Positions 49,150-61,379 of a DNA stretch of 64,000 nt are shown here, piece after piece. The notes under the pieces are model-generated. The model ran no database searches. It was not told the DNA's origin and saw only the letters and a program-made list of their open reading frames with translations. The DNA comes from Dicyema japonicum (Eukaryota; Animalia; Dicyemida). How positions within the stretch are numbered: the stretch's first letter is position 1; each line of letters begins with the position of its first letter. Location: contig RDEW01000033.1 in NCBI GenBank assembly GCA_011109175.1, positions 1 to 64,000 of the forward strand, written 5' to 3'. A program made the position numbers and the translations under genes.

Positions 49150-49660
49150 ATGCAAGGAGCAAGTCACATGGAGGAGGTGTTAACCAAGGGTCTTCGAAAA
49201 TGGAACGTCTTAAAAGCCATCGTAAAGAAGAGCCCCTTCCCTCCTACTGCTTGGATCAGAAAAGTATATCTTCAAGTTATTGCGCCGACGATTGAATATG
49301 CCTGTTCTGCCTGGAGATTCGCTATTCCTTCTACGAGGGTGGAGCGTGTGAATTCTCTCAGACGGAAGATCATGAGGCACATACAATCAGACTCCACATC
49401 CGTCCCCAGTCTGCTTTCAAGAGGCGACGTGAGAAATTGCCTGGGATTCTACGTATGTGCAATGAGCTAGGAAACCCATTCAGAGAGAGGGTGGTTCATG
49501 CGGAGGAATTCAGATCTGCATTAAAAAAGTGCACTCCGGTAGAATTCCTCTGCAGAAATAGAAGAAGACACTTCAGAAGCGCTTTTGGTTCACTGGCGGA
49601 GCATTCGAAGAGAATTCGAGAGATGTTGGAAGCTGAGATCACTTAATTTAAGAGCAAGAT
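49150..49660 (+). mobile_element. I/Jockey-group LINE 3' fragment
   Basis: Highly similar to the revcomp of 16060-16560 (IAPTIEYACSAWRF..GFLRMCNELGNPFRE). Confidence 0.85.
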
Positions 49661-49753
49661 CATTTTTCTTTTATCCTTTTCCTCTTAACTATAAGAAATC
49701 GAAAAAAAATATATTAAAATTTTATTATTTTTTATTTATAAATATTATTTTTC

Positions 49754-50406
49754 ATGATTGCCTCTAGTGATAGTGTTTATGAAGTAGAAAAGATTATAGA
49801 TTCTTCTATAAGCGTAGATGGCGAAGTTATTTACCTCATAAAATGGAAAGACTATGATAGGTTGTAGTGTTGATTATTTAGTGACCAAAACACTTGGGAA
49901 CCTGAGGAGAACATAAACTTGGAGTCCATCAGACTTTTCAACAATAAAAAGCGTCTAAAAGAGAAAAAGTCCTCGAAAAATAAAAGAAAGAGGTTTTCAT
50001 CAATTAGAAAGAGAAAAAGCAAGATCACCTCCCCAGTTGTTAGTGAATATGAGACTAACTATGGTGGGAGTAAAGCTAAAAAGAAGAACGATCTATCCTC
50101 CTCCCCAGTTGTTAGTGAGTATAAGGCCTACAATGAGAAATCTTTCTGTGATGCCCAAATTCAGACTTTGTCCCCACTTTATGAAGGAAAGGCACTGGAA
50201 AAGATCATTGGTGCTCTGAATTCTGAGAATGGACTTGATTTTCTCGTAAAATGGCAATAACTTCATTTTTAAGTTTTAGGGTGGACAATGATGATTACGA
50301 ACTTCTTGCAAGTTCTGTGGTAAAGGATTTGTGGCCCAACGACGCAGTGAATTTTATACTCGACAGGATCGCATGGGTTGAGAATGAAAACCCAACTTTG
50401 ATGTAA
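49754..50406 (+). CDS. HP1: Heterochromatin protein 1 (CBX1/3/5 family): chromodomain, basic hinge, chromoshadow
   Basis: VYEVEKII..YLIKWKDYD|SDQNTWEPEENI with the aromatic cage intact. Lys/Arg-rich hinge. EKIIGA..LDFLVKW|VDNDDYELL..WPNDAVNFILDRIAW. Introns 49861-49881 and 50254-50279 (GC-AG). Confidence 0.9.
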
Positions 50407-51004
50407 TTTACTTTTGTCTATTTTTTGATTTGTTTGATTTAATTATGCAACCATTAAATTTAGTATAATTAATTGTTTTAGAGACTTCCATGTTAAGTTT
50501 CTCAGCACTCTTTTAATCAGTCTGCAATAAAATCGTAATATTGTTGGACAACTAGGAAGGTCATTGCTTTGTTCTGGCGTTTCCCCTCGCAATCTCTTCA
50601 ACAAATCGAATCACCAGAAAATGAGCAATTTGTGTGTTTTTTATAATGAAATTATTATGGCCTTTCTGTAAGAATTCAAGAATAGGGGTCACACAGTATC
50701 GGTCTCAGTTGTAAGTTAAAATTTCGACATGTGACTTAAATTTATCAGGTTTAGTAATTATGACTCATGACCTCATAAGTTATTATGATGATCAGGTTAA
50801 AAAATTTTTGTCTTCAAAGTATTATTTAAAATTCGTTTTTTTCAGTTTAATATCAAAATAATCAGTCAATAAATAAATATAGATCAGTCATCTAAGCTTT
50901 TTTGAACGATTGTGTGAGACAGAGCATCTATAGTCATAATTTTAAAACATCTATCAGGTAACCGGCACGAAATAACATTATTTTCCTCTTTTTTTTAAGT
51001 GACC

Positions 51005-51065
51005 AAATCGTCATATAGCGGCCGCCCTTGACTGCGTAGCTACTCCCTCTCATTATAGCGAGCGT
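51005..51065 (-). mobile_element. CRE 3'-terminal fragment
   Basis: Matches 42700-42745 (GCTATATGAC..; LAIMRGSSYAV). Confidence 0.55.
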
Positions 51066-51069
51066 TTTA

Positions 51070-53090
51070 TTTAATTCTATTAACCCTGGAAACACGAGAA
51101 AGGGGACAAGAGTTATCGTCTAATTAAGTGATCCCGGTGTTCATACCAGTTTTGGAGTCCTGGAATAATCTCCACAGCAGGAAAGGTTTCTTCTCATATC
51201 TCGGGCAGGCGTTCATTTATAGTTTGATGCGCGGCCCGAGGGATGGTCAGGGGACTTTGCCATCTTGAAAAAGTCCCGATGACGTTCCGTAAGGCATTCC
51301 ATGATTGGGAGGACGTTTAGTTTTCTCCATAGTAACGATTTTGGCGTTATTTTTGAATTTCTCAATAATATTCTGAAACATCGGTTTTGAAGCACTTCCA
51401 GCTTGCTCTGTGCCGATAGTGATAGCGGGACAATCCATGCAGCATAGACGTACTCGATACTCGGTAGAACAAACTATTTGTTTAGAAGCTCTAACGATGG
51501 GCAGGAAGATACTGGAGAGTGAGTGAAAGTCTTGAGAATTCCAATTTTCTTTTGGATCCTCGCGATTACTAGGTCCAGTTGATGGGTAAATGTGAGTTAA
51601 GGATCCAGGATGACTCCAAGGATTGAAAGGGTCTTCTTAATGGGGATCGGGGAATCATACAATTTTATTTCTGGTGTTGACCGTATTTCTTTTAGTGATG
51701 AGGTAAACATTGTACATGTGACTTTCCTGATGATATATGTAGACGGTTCTTCAGGAACCAAAAACCCACCAGGTTTAATATTTCTTGCCCGGACCGTGTC
51801 GCCTCCTCGATGTTTCACTGCAATCACAAAATCATCCGCATACGATAAAAAATCGAATTTTTGGTGATTGTGAAGGGAGGTCACTGATGACCTTATTGAA
51901 TAGCGTTGGTGAAAACGGTGATCCTTAAGAACTCCAATTTTTTTATTTTTGGTTGTTTTCCACCACTTGGCCCATTCGACCGTTGATGAAATTAGCCAAC
52001 CATGACTTGAACTTAGAGTGGATCGACTTCATAAAAAATTTGCCGTAAGGATCTCCCGGGGTACTGAGTCAAAAGCCTTCTCTACATCCATTGAGATCAG
52101 CACAGTTCTCTCGTGTAGATTTGGGGTATTCAGGCCGTCCGAGATGAATTGGACCAGTTTTTTTAAATGAGTTGTTTTAAGTGTCCTCCGCGGAATCCAC
52201 GTAGAAAAGATGATGCAGTTACGAAAGGACGGATCTTGAGAAGATCCAGTTTTTCTAACAGTCGTGATAAGGCACAGATGATGGATACCGGGGTAGGAGG
52301 ACGGGCAGTTTGGTGGTTTATTTTTCTTCAAGATAGGGTGCGTCAGTGATTTCTTCCATATTAACGGAATCTTGTTCTCGTTTATTGAGAGATTGAAAAT
52401 TTTTGTTATTGCCACCGTCATGGAAGGACCAAGGCGCTTCAGTTCGAGAACGGAGATGTCATCTGAACCGCGGGACGACGAGTTAGTCATTTTCCTGATT
52501 ACTGAATGCACTATTGTGTTTTCCAACGGGTGAATCGCTTGAGTTCGGAGCGGTAGCCGCTGAGGCATGATGGTGGAGATAGTATGTGCATATTGTCAAT
52601 CGAAGAGAGGTTAGAGGATTCTCAGAGTTAGTTTTTCCAGTGTATCGTCCTTGTGGAAAGGGTCCGGAATGTTATCCGAAATATTGCTGGCCAGTATATG
52701 ATTCCTGATTAGCTTAATAAGGCCCTTCCATGACTTCTGTCTCGTCTGAAAACTGAGTATCCAGGAAAGTTGGGGGTTGGCTACAGTGGGTTAAGTTTCG
52801 TCTCTTGGAAAAAAGCTATAACTACTTAATGTTTGACGAGAAAACGTTGCAGTTCGGTAATTTTCGTCCGGATACCATTGATGTTAACTTGCATTATGAT
52901 CAGATCTGGTCCAAGAATTTCCTCGACGTCTCCGCAGGAAAGGAACAAGATCCGACACCATCCGCGCCTCCGTGGTTGGGAATAGTGAGTATGCGACTCT
53001 TTTCCATCACTTCTAGGGAGAAATGCCACCACGTAGATAGATGAGTCACGCGACATGAACGTGTTAATATAACTTTTTTCCAATTTGTAT
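51070..53090 (-). mobile_element. I/Jockey-group LINE (APE start, RT, 3' end; internal deletions)
   Basis: IMQVNINGIRTK, SSRGSDDIS, DVEKAFDSVPR, LSYADD, ILGVILD and a family A tail. Confidence 0.85.
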
Positions 53091-53479
53091 TAAAAATTAA
53101 ATTAAAAATCGTGGCCAATTAATAGGGAGAATAGGATTTTTTTCTTTAAAAATTTTTCAAATGTGACCAATTTTCGAGGGTTGACTGTTTAGTCAAATAG
53201 TTAAGTGAGGCCACTTTCGGCGATTAACAGCGCCAAGTTACGTTAAGAGAACTTCTAGGCCGACTGACGTTCATTTACCTGGGATAGAGATAAGTGAAGC
53301 TAAACCTTTTTGGCAAAAGCGTAGGAATCTGGTTCCACATTTAGGTGTCGTGGCTTCATTGAGTAAAGGATCGATCGAAGAGTTGACCACTATTTTTGTC
53401 GTCAGTATGCAATGCAAAATGAGTTGAATATAGTGGAATAGAGTAGGAAACTCAAACAAGATCAGTTCAACAAATATCC

Positions 53480-54560
53480 CTCAAGTTTGGCAGTCCTGGC
53501 TCACAAACTTCCTTTCCGGGAGATTGGGTCAAACATGTTTTCATTCTCATATGTCCGATTTCGCTACCTCTCCAATGGTGTCCCTCAGGGATCCGTTCTC
53601 TCACCATCACTTTTTAACATATACCTCAGCGACATGATCCTCCTATCATACAGCGATGACCTTATTATTGCATCCAGGGATAAAAACATTCAATTGGCCT
53701 CTTGTAATGTCAAAAGACATCTGACTGTTTTTTGACTGGATGTCTCCATCCACGTCGAAATCTTCAGTAACAAATTTTAAAACTGACCGGAGACAATTTA
53801 ATCACAGAACTAGTATATACATCAACGACGAACATCTCCCAGTGGTTACCTCAGACACATTTGACACGTCACTCAGCTTTAACAAACACATTGAAGTATT
53901 TTGCACCAAAGTGTCATTAGGATGACACTAAACTATGCCTCCTCAAGCTTGGTCCCTTTTATAGTACTCTCCTTTTTAAAAAAAAAGTTGCAGCAGGTCC
54001 AAAAGTCAGCATTGAGAACTGTTACGGGCTGTTCGAAATCATCTCCCGTTGGCCACTTACACTGGGAGTCGAAGATCTTGCCTCTGGATGAGCATTTTAA
54101 AATGAGGAACTTATAATATCTCAGACAATCGCTTGACCCAAACCATCCAACCTTTCCATTACTTGAATCTACAAACCGAAGACACATACGGAGAACATTC
54201 ATTGATCTCCAAATAACACTCAGGGAAATTTCCCCTCCGATAAAGATCAAACCTGGACCAAATGTATAAATGATTTTGTATCTACGTGTGCAATACAAAT
54301 CTTCGAAGAGAACGAGATACTGGAGAGCATACCTCCTGAGATTAGTGCTTCAGAACTGCTTCTTCCGAGGGTCGTCAGATTGGATGTGGACATTCCGCCT
54401 CTCGTTGGAAAAGAAATTCGGGATCTCTTTGCTTGCTCTGTGCCACCAGGGCTCGATGTGAAAGTAATAGATCTCTTGGTGCGTCCTGTTTTAGCGGCGC
54501 GTTTTTAACTGTTGCCAGTTTCCTAGATGTCAGCGAAACTGGGGTTAATAAATTAATTAA
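53480..54560 (+). mobile_element. I/Jockey-group LINE, RT and 3' end
   Basis: NGVPQGSVLSPSLFNIY, LSYSDD, LQQVQKSALRTVTGC and a GGGGTTAATAAATTAA tail. Confidence 0.85.
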
Positions 54561-54699
54561 ATAGTTTGGCAATGATATGAAAAGTGGAAACTGCTGGTAT
54601 AGGACGTTTTTCTTCCCAAAAAATTATCTTGATGCTGGAAGACGAGGAGATTAGCTATAAAGATTGCTCTTCAGATGAGGTCAGATGCGAATTACAATA

Positions 54700-57690
54700 A
54701 TTCATTCATTCCAAAACAACTATTTGGGACTTTAAGAGAATATTATAAAACAAATTTTTTTCGGCATTAGATAGTTGTTAAACATGACCTTGTTACCCTG
54801 TATGAGGCTGGCTGTCCTCAGGCGTCCAGCAGCTAGTACTAGACGCTTCTACAGGTCTCTAATGTTCGCCGGAGGTTCTTGTAGAATAAATCATAATTGT
54901 TCCGGTGGAGGAGGCCAGGAGCCCGATTCGTCTCTTATGAAAAAGCGCCCAGGACGTAATAGTGTTAGGGTGCACCTTGTTTCTTTGTCGAAGGTAGTCT
55001 CCGAGTTATCCACCAGTGGGGAGGGTTATCCAGTAGATTGTTCCAAACTAGTCTTTTGATGACTTTGTTAGAGATGTGGTCATGTATTGTCTTTGACTTG
55101 GTTTTATCGGGAGGTGGCTGAAAAAATTTTAGCAGTTAATGAAACAGGTTCGCTATGGTAAGAATTATCATACGGAAGTTTTTCGTGTGATTCAGGAAGT
55201 GGCAGGGATTCTCTGGTTCCGTAGTTTCATTTAAGATTGGAGGTTTTTCATGAAGAGGTGATCTTCCACTAGGAGAATGGTGGTTTCTAAATGAAAGTGG
55301 TAGGATGGTTTTAATTTTTTGTATCCGAAAATTGTTCTAAAAACTTCATTTTGGACTCTGAAGTTTTTTAGATTTTTTAGGCCGTGAGGGATGAGGCCCA
55401 GGAAGCGCTCGAGAAGTTAAAGGTGGTCCTGATATATTGTTTGTAGATTATTCTGAGGGTTTCTTTGTCTTTGTCAATGATGATCCCCCACCGCGCGAAG
55501 GGTGTTTCTTTACTTGTTGGCTTTTGTAACTACGTGGTCCACGTGGGAGGAGAATGTAAGTCATTGTTCGTAGATTAGTCATTAGATTTTCGAAGATTTT
55601 CAGCTCAGATTTTGCGTTTGGCTAGCGTCGATGGGAGGTGAATACCGTGACGCAGGACTTGGATGGGGGAGGTGATTGGTTAATAACCTGGACTCCAGAG
55701 AATCCAAGTGTGTTTGTTCTATCCCGAGCTGCAGGAATCAATCGTCACGTAAAACATAACCACCTTATCTTCCAGCTCGAGTATATTACGGGGAGGTTTA
55801 AAAAGCCGGAGATAGGGCAGAGCATTGTGGCAGTCCGTTTGGGAGGTAACGGGCTCGAGATTTCTTTGACATAAACAAGGTACGTCCCAGTTCCCAACGA
55901 TAATTTCAGATCTGCGTCAAAGTTCGACGAATATATTTTGTGCGTGATAATCTTCCTTGAAACAGAGTCAAAAGCCTTCTGGATATCAATTGAGCATTTT
56001 TTTCTTTTTCTGTCCTGGTCTTTTGTTAAGGCCATCTGTTATGAATTCCTTTAATGTATTTAGGTGTGTGATAGTTGATCGTCCCTCTTTGAAACCATGC
56101 TGAAATCTGGCATCTGAGAGGAAATGTCGTGTGAGTGTCATAATCATCTTTTCTAGGATTCTTGTCTGGACGCACAAGAGCGACAAAGGCCTGTAAGAAG
56201 CCGCGTTTCCCAGGCTTCAGTATTGGATGAATATTCGAAAGTTTCCATATAGCGGGAATACAATTGAAGTCAGTTGAGTAGTTGAAGATGCATGTTAGTG
56301 CTGATACGCCCACTGTGCTCATCATTTTCAACAGAATAACCGGGATCCCGTCCGGTCCACAAGAATGTGTGTTCTTTGTTCGATAGATCCCAAAGCGATA
56401 TCTCCCAGTAGAAAATACATTGTTGGATGCCTCCTTTCGGCTTCGGTTTTTTGTGTGGAGGAATATACATCATTTGGAATGGTTTGTGGCTTATTCTCAC
56501 ACAATGTTTGATAAATTTATTCAGATCCATCTCTTGTTCACGGTCTCCCTCGATTTTGTTTTCAGCGTTTTTAACATTTCGCAGCATCCTCCACATCTTG
56601 GTAAGTGAACTATTTTTTCATAGCATTAGAAATTCGGCATAGTTTTGTTTTTTGGAGAAGTTTTGTCTTTTCGTTGATCTCCATGTTCAGTGCACAGACT
56701 CTATTAGTATCATTTTTTGTTAGGTGCTTTCTACGATTGAGACAATTCCTTTCTTTTATTAGTTTGATTGTGCTAGCATCATATTTCTTCTTGGTGAGTT
56801 TTAAAATTCCTTTTCTGATAGTTTTCTCCCTCCCAGAATCACCTTATTAGAGTGATAAACTGCTCTATCAATTGAGTTGAAATTATTCGGATGAAAATTC
56901 AATAGGGACGAATCCACGTATCTTCTGAATCCTGTCCAGTCAGCATTAATATAATCATAAAAATAACGTGTTTTGACCGCGTCATTGGTGTACAATTGAT
57001 CTAGGTCGGAATGGGATTATGGTCGCTTCGTAAGTCATAGTTTACCGACCAACATATAAGCGGAGCAGGCCAAGGTGAACATAACGTAAAATCCGGCGAT
57101 GTAACCGAATCCTTGTTATACGGGGTTCGTGTATTCCTATTTGGGTCGTTCATAATGGACAGATTTTCTAATTGGGAAAAAATATGAAATCCCTTTGTGT
57201 CTGGAGGTTGTTTCTCATACCACAATGGGTGCTTGGCATTAAAATCCCCGGACACCAACAAGTTTTCCATCATATCTAGGGCAGACAAATCCATAGAAAA
57301 CCCTTTTGTACAGTAACCTGGAGGGGGAACATAGACGTTGGCGATAATAATAGCTCCGAGAGAGATCTGTATCGAAATCCCAATAACTTCTGTGTTTGCG
57401 TCTTCTATCAGATTCCTGAATATGGAAGTGTTTATCGAACATAGTGCCTCTCCTGACAAGGGTCAATAGTCCCCCACCTGTCGATCGACTCTCAATACAT
57501 TGAAACCGGTAAATATATGAGTACTGGAATTCCCTCTTATAAGAGGAAGATATCAATTTTATTCCTCTCCAAATATAAACTCAGTTCGGATGCCTTGCCT
57601 CTGATTCCGTTAATGTTCAGGTTAAGTATCTTTAAAGACTTTGGTCCCGGATTCATTTCAACATCTGACATGACGAGACTAATATTAAAT
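54700..57690 (-). mobile_element. I/Jockey-group LINE ORF2 (APE, RT, C-terminus), decayed
   Basis: LNLNINGI, IIANVYVPP, SGDFNAKH, SPDFTL, RSDHNPI, CGPDGIP, FQHGFKEGRST, DIQKAFDSV and TFSSHVDHV..LRIIYKQYIR. Confidence 0.85.
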
Positions 57691-57834
57691 TAGCCTATTA
57701 TTTTTTTTAATTAGAACTAATAATTATTAAAATAAAAAAATATTTATCAAAAAATTAATTATTTCTTAAAACTAATAACGTTTTTAGTTAAATTAAGCTT
57801 GGTTGTGTTTTATCTTATTTATAAGCTGTAAAAT

Positions 57835-58182
57835 ATGACCGAACAGGATTACCAAAAGGAGTTGAAGTCTTTCAAGGATCTTCAAAATGAATTTGTAAAG
57901 ATCTCTGAGGCTAAAGAGAAGCTCACAGGACAATTCAATGAATCATCAATGGTCATGTCTGAGTTAGAGCTGCTCCCAGCAGACGCTAAAGTCTACAAAA
58001 TGGTGGGCCCAGCCCTTATCAAGCAGACCATACAGGATTCGGTGGATAACGTCAAAAGGAGGACTGAGTACCTAAAGGAAGAGATCACAAGATATGAAAA
58101 AACGATGTCTTCTCAAGAAGAAGTCCTTACTAAAAAGCAAAAGAAGATAAACGAAATCAAGGGAAAGCTGCAAAAGGCTTAA
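57835..58182 (+). CDS. PFDN6: Prefoldin subunit 6 (beta), intronless
   Basis: Q.NE..V..EL.LL..DAKVYKMVGPALIKQ...V.KR.EY...EI.R motif in a 115-aa coiled-coil protein. Confidence 0.93.
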   Translation: MTEQDYQKELKSFKDLQNEFVKISEAKEKLTGQFNESSMVMSELELLPADAKVYKMVGPALIKQTIQDSVDNVKRRTEYLKEEITRYEKTMSSQEEVLTKKQKKINEIKGKLQKA

Positions 58183-58329
58183 TTTTGACTTTTAGTAAAT
58201 AATTTTCGCCATTAAATTTGTCTATGTTTAAGAATCAGTTAGTTAAACGGTCAATTGATCAGAAGGCTGAGGTGCTGACATCGCCATATTACACTGAATG
58301 TCTACCTAATTTCATGGTGGATGAATGCT

Positions 58330-58720
58330 CTTGTATTCTTTCTTCACGTGAGCATGGACAAGTTGAATGAAGCAGTGTTATAAAGACCAGACATAATACA
58401 GATGCTCCTTGGATTGATTCTCATTGTTGTCCATTCCCATTGAAGGTTCCATGCATATATGATGCCTCCTGACTTGACGAATGAAATCCTCATCAGTGAA
58501 CTGAGGAACTAGATTTTTTATTAGTACTTACTCGAGTCGGGGTTAGTTGTTGGTTTGATTCCCACCTTTGAGTCTTCTTGTATCTCTTTTGGTTTTTAAG
58601 GTATTTGATAAAGGTGTCGTAGTTGAAGTTACTTGGTTGACCACCATTATGTATTTTCGTTGTCGTTAAAGTAGAAGAGTCAGACTCGGAATTAGTGACG
58701 ATGACTCAGTTAACAGCCTC
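58330..58720 (-). CDS. Spliced ORF fragment, unidentified
   Basis: Open frame ..FNYDTFIKYLKNQKRY..PTR followed by the 23-nt intron GTAAGTACTAATAAAAAATCTAG. No homology recognised. Confidence 0.25.
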
Positions 58721-59000
58721 ATGAATTGTGGTTAACTGAAGAACGGAAAATGGCCATTGACCTCAATGCACTCGTGTAAGTCAATATTGGCTGAATAAAT
58801 TGTCAGTAGATGTCGGTGAGGCGTCTAGTTGTCTATCAAGAGTTTTTGGAGATCTATAAGATCGTCATTATTACCCGGGGTTCCACATATTCTGCGAAAG
58901 AAAGTCTCTAGTCAAACATGACCCCAGATATTTGGCATGGAAACCGTGTTATTAAGGAGGATTCTCAGTTCAAACGAATTATTGACACCGTTAATTCTTG
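58720..59000 (-). mobile_element. LINE RT C-terminal remnant
   Basis: SGVMFD.RLSF.EYV and IY.QFIQPILTY motifs. Confidence 0.5.
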
Positions 59001-59329
59001 AATCGTGCTACTAATAATCCGTGATTTCTCAGCCAAATGCGTGGTTTCAGAGAAACACCGCCACATCAGATACATCTGACTGATCTCTAGGAGTGTTCGT
59101 TTTTCGCAGTTACTTTTTTGTTAATAACCGATTTCCTTTGCTTGAAAAAACTGCGAGTAAATAAATTTAACGCCAGAATTGAACACGGATAGATTATTTC
59201 TTGAATGAGGTAATAAAAATACTAAGACACGTGCCCTATTTAGCATAAGTAAAAATCTGCCAAATATAACATCACGATAACAATCGTCATAAAATGGCAA
59301 GTAAGCTTAATTCAACGTTATTTTGATAA

Positions 59330-59835
59330 ATTGTCTATGAACTGATTCCTTCGAATTTCAGTATCTCTATCGGATTAATTTCATCACAACCTTTAGTTAG
59401 TCTCTTGATGACTTCACATTCCGTCCATGACCTTTGGTCCTGCGAAAGTGCGGTATTATTAGCACAATTTGCTAGCTGCTTAGCTCACTCAGTTATCTAC
59501 CTTAATTATTCCAAAGACCAGGGATGAAACCAAACTAACAAATCTCAGTGATCTTGACAAGTTCCATTAGAGTCTCATCTGAGCACAGTGAACAGAGGAC
59601 ATTGTTCAAGAAACTGAGGCCAAAACCAGAACTCGTCGCTAGGGAACGAAATTATCTTCCGATGGAATAAAGAGATAAATCCCTTTGAATGTCTGCCAGG
59701 CATTGGGCGTCTCCTATGTAAGGTGAATCCGATGACGCTACTAGAAAGAAGGAAGAGAAATCTTCAATCAATTACCCACATGACACCACGTGGATTTTCA
59801 AAAATACTAATAAATGCGGAAGCGACGTCCATGCA
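59330..59835 (-). CDS. Unidentified short spliced gene, head-to-head with NDUFA7
   Basis: MDVASAFISIFENPRG start, intron-like GTAATT..CTAG segment and further open stretches. Splicing not fully resolvable. Confidence 0.3.
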
Positions 59836-59916
59836 TGATTGGGTCTCTCGATTAGAAGAGATTGTAAAAATAAAATAATACATTTAATTTGTATAATTAA
59901 TTATTTAAATATTATT

Positions 59917-60210
59917 ATGGCCGAGCGACGTGCGCTTACAAGAGTTGTATACAAAATCCGAACTTTTTTATATGGAGTAAAATAAATTGATGATAAATTT
60001 CAGTGGGAATATACGGATCCACTCCGTTTCGCACAAGAACAGGCTCCCAAAGATTATCCTTCAATAAATCCTCCACCAAGTCAAAATTCTGGGATATCAA
60101 ACAACTACTATTACATGAGGGACAACAGAAGGAAGGTTATGCCCCCAATCAGACTCAAAAATGTTGAAAAACCTGTGCTTCCAAATCCTCGACAAGGTTT
60201 TCTCGAGTAA
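59917..60210 (+). CDS. NDUFA7: NADH:ubiquinone oxidoreductase subunit A7 (B14.5a)
   Basis: Intron 59977-60003. LRFAQEQAPKDYP..P..NSGISNNYYYMRDNRRKVMPP matches the NDUFA7 signature SNNYY..RD.RR...PP. Confidence 0.9.
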
Positions 60211-60894
60211 AACTCACATAAACTAATCTTTATTTATTAACTCAAATAAACCAATTTTTTATCTTTACTTTTCTTCCAACGAATTCCTTGTTCTACGTGA
60301 AACTGACGATCGCCTCGGAGTCTTTGATACAGAAGCAGATCAATGCTCAAAAAGTCATCCCCCATCGGTCCACTATGCAACTACAAGCAGAGATATTTCT
60401 ACAGCAGGAATGTTCAAGCGCATTAATAAAAGTGCGATTCTAAACCATGATGCCGTAGACGTATATTCCTTGTATACGATTGCACATTGGGTACATCATC
60501 GCTATTTTACGACTAATAACAAATTTTCAACAATAGTTATTTGAACCGGTGCCTATATGATTAAGATCTATAGGCTTTCGAAAGTTCAGTTTAATGTAAC
60601 ATAATCCGAAATAATAAAAAAATCTTCAATAAAAAAGACTAAAAATCAAGAAACTCCTGCTAGTAGCGCGAGTCTATTAGAGGGGAGTGGGACCCGTGAT
60701 GAAAACCGAGCGAGGTACGGCTGTGACTGAGAAATGGCTGGATTGCCTAATGGCTTTTTTCTCTTCCTTATTTTAATGACGATTCTTGCCCTTCAAATAA
60801 AATATACATAAGACATTTCGCCCGATAGAGATGTGTCACCAATTCAACCTTCTGACCGATTAACCACTGAATCTTTATCGAATAATCAATAAAT

Positions 60895-61092
60895 CGGTGG
60901 CTTCTCCTGTTGATCTGCGTTGCGATCGCCAGAGGCAACTCAACGTCGATTATGTTAATAAATTATATTTAATTATCAAAACGCATAAATAATTAATTAA
61001 CACAGCCATCCATTCAAAGTGGACCCCGTCGACATTATCGACGTTGCGTTGCCTCTCACGATTGCAACAGAGATCAACTGGAGAAGCCACCG
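60895..61092. repeat. Inverted repeat / MITE-like element with 58-bp arms
   Basis: 60895-60952 pairs with 61035-61092 (about 50/58) around an 82-nt AT-rich spacer. Confidence 0.8.
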
Positions 61093-61379
61093 GTCTCACG
61101 TGTCAATAAATTATTTTCCTTTAAAAAAATCAATAAATTGGAAGGTTAAACTGTTGAATATGTAATCAATTTCTCATGAATTATGTATCTTCCTATCTCA
61201 TTTTTTCTCTTTTGCATGGACGAGATGATACACTCAAAAGACTTCCGATGTACAAAGTATCAGAATTAGGTACCCATTAACCCAAAACTTTGAAAAAATT
61301 GGACAATAATTCTTCATCGAACTGGAGCCTTACATTCCTATTTTTTCAACCTTCCATGAACTCTCAACGGGATTTTGAC

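Noticed and set aside
60260-60800. Possible minus-strand membrane-protein gene (weak ERG28-like TF..AL.H resemblance)
   Set aside because: No consistent exon chain or convincing motif could be assembled.
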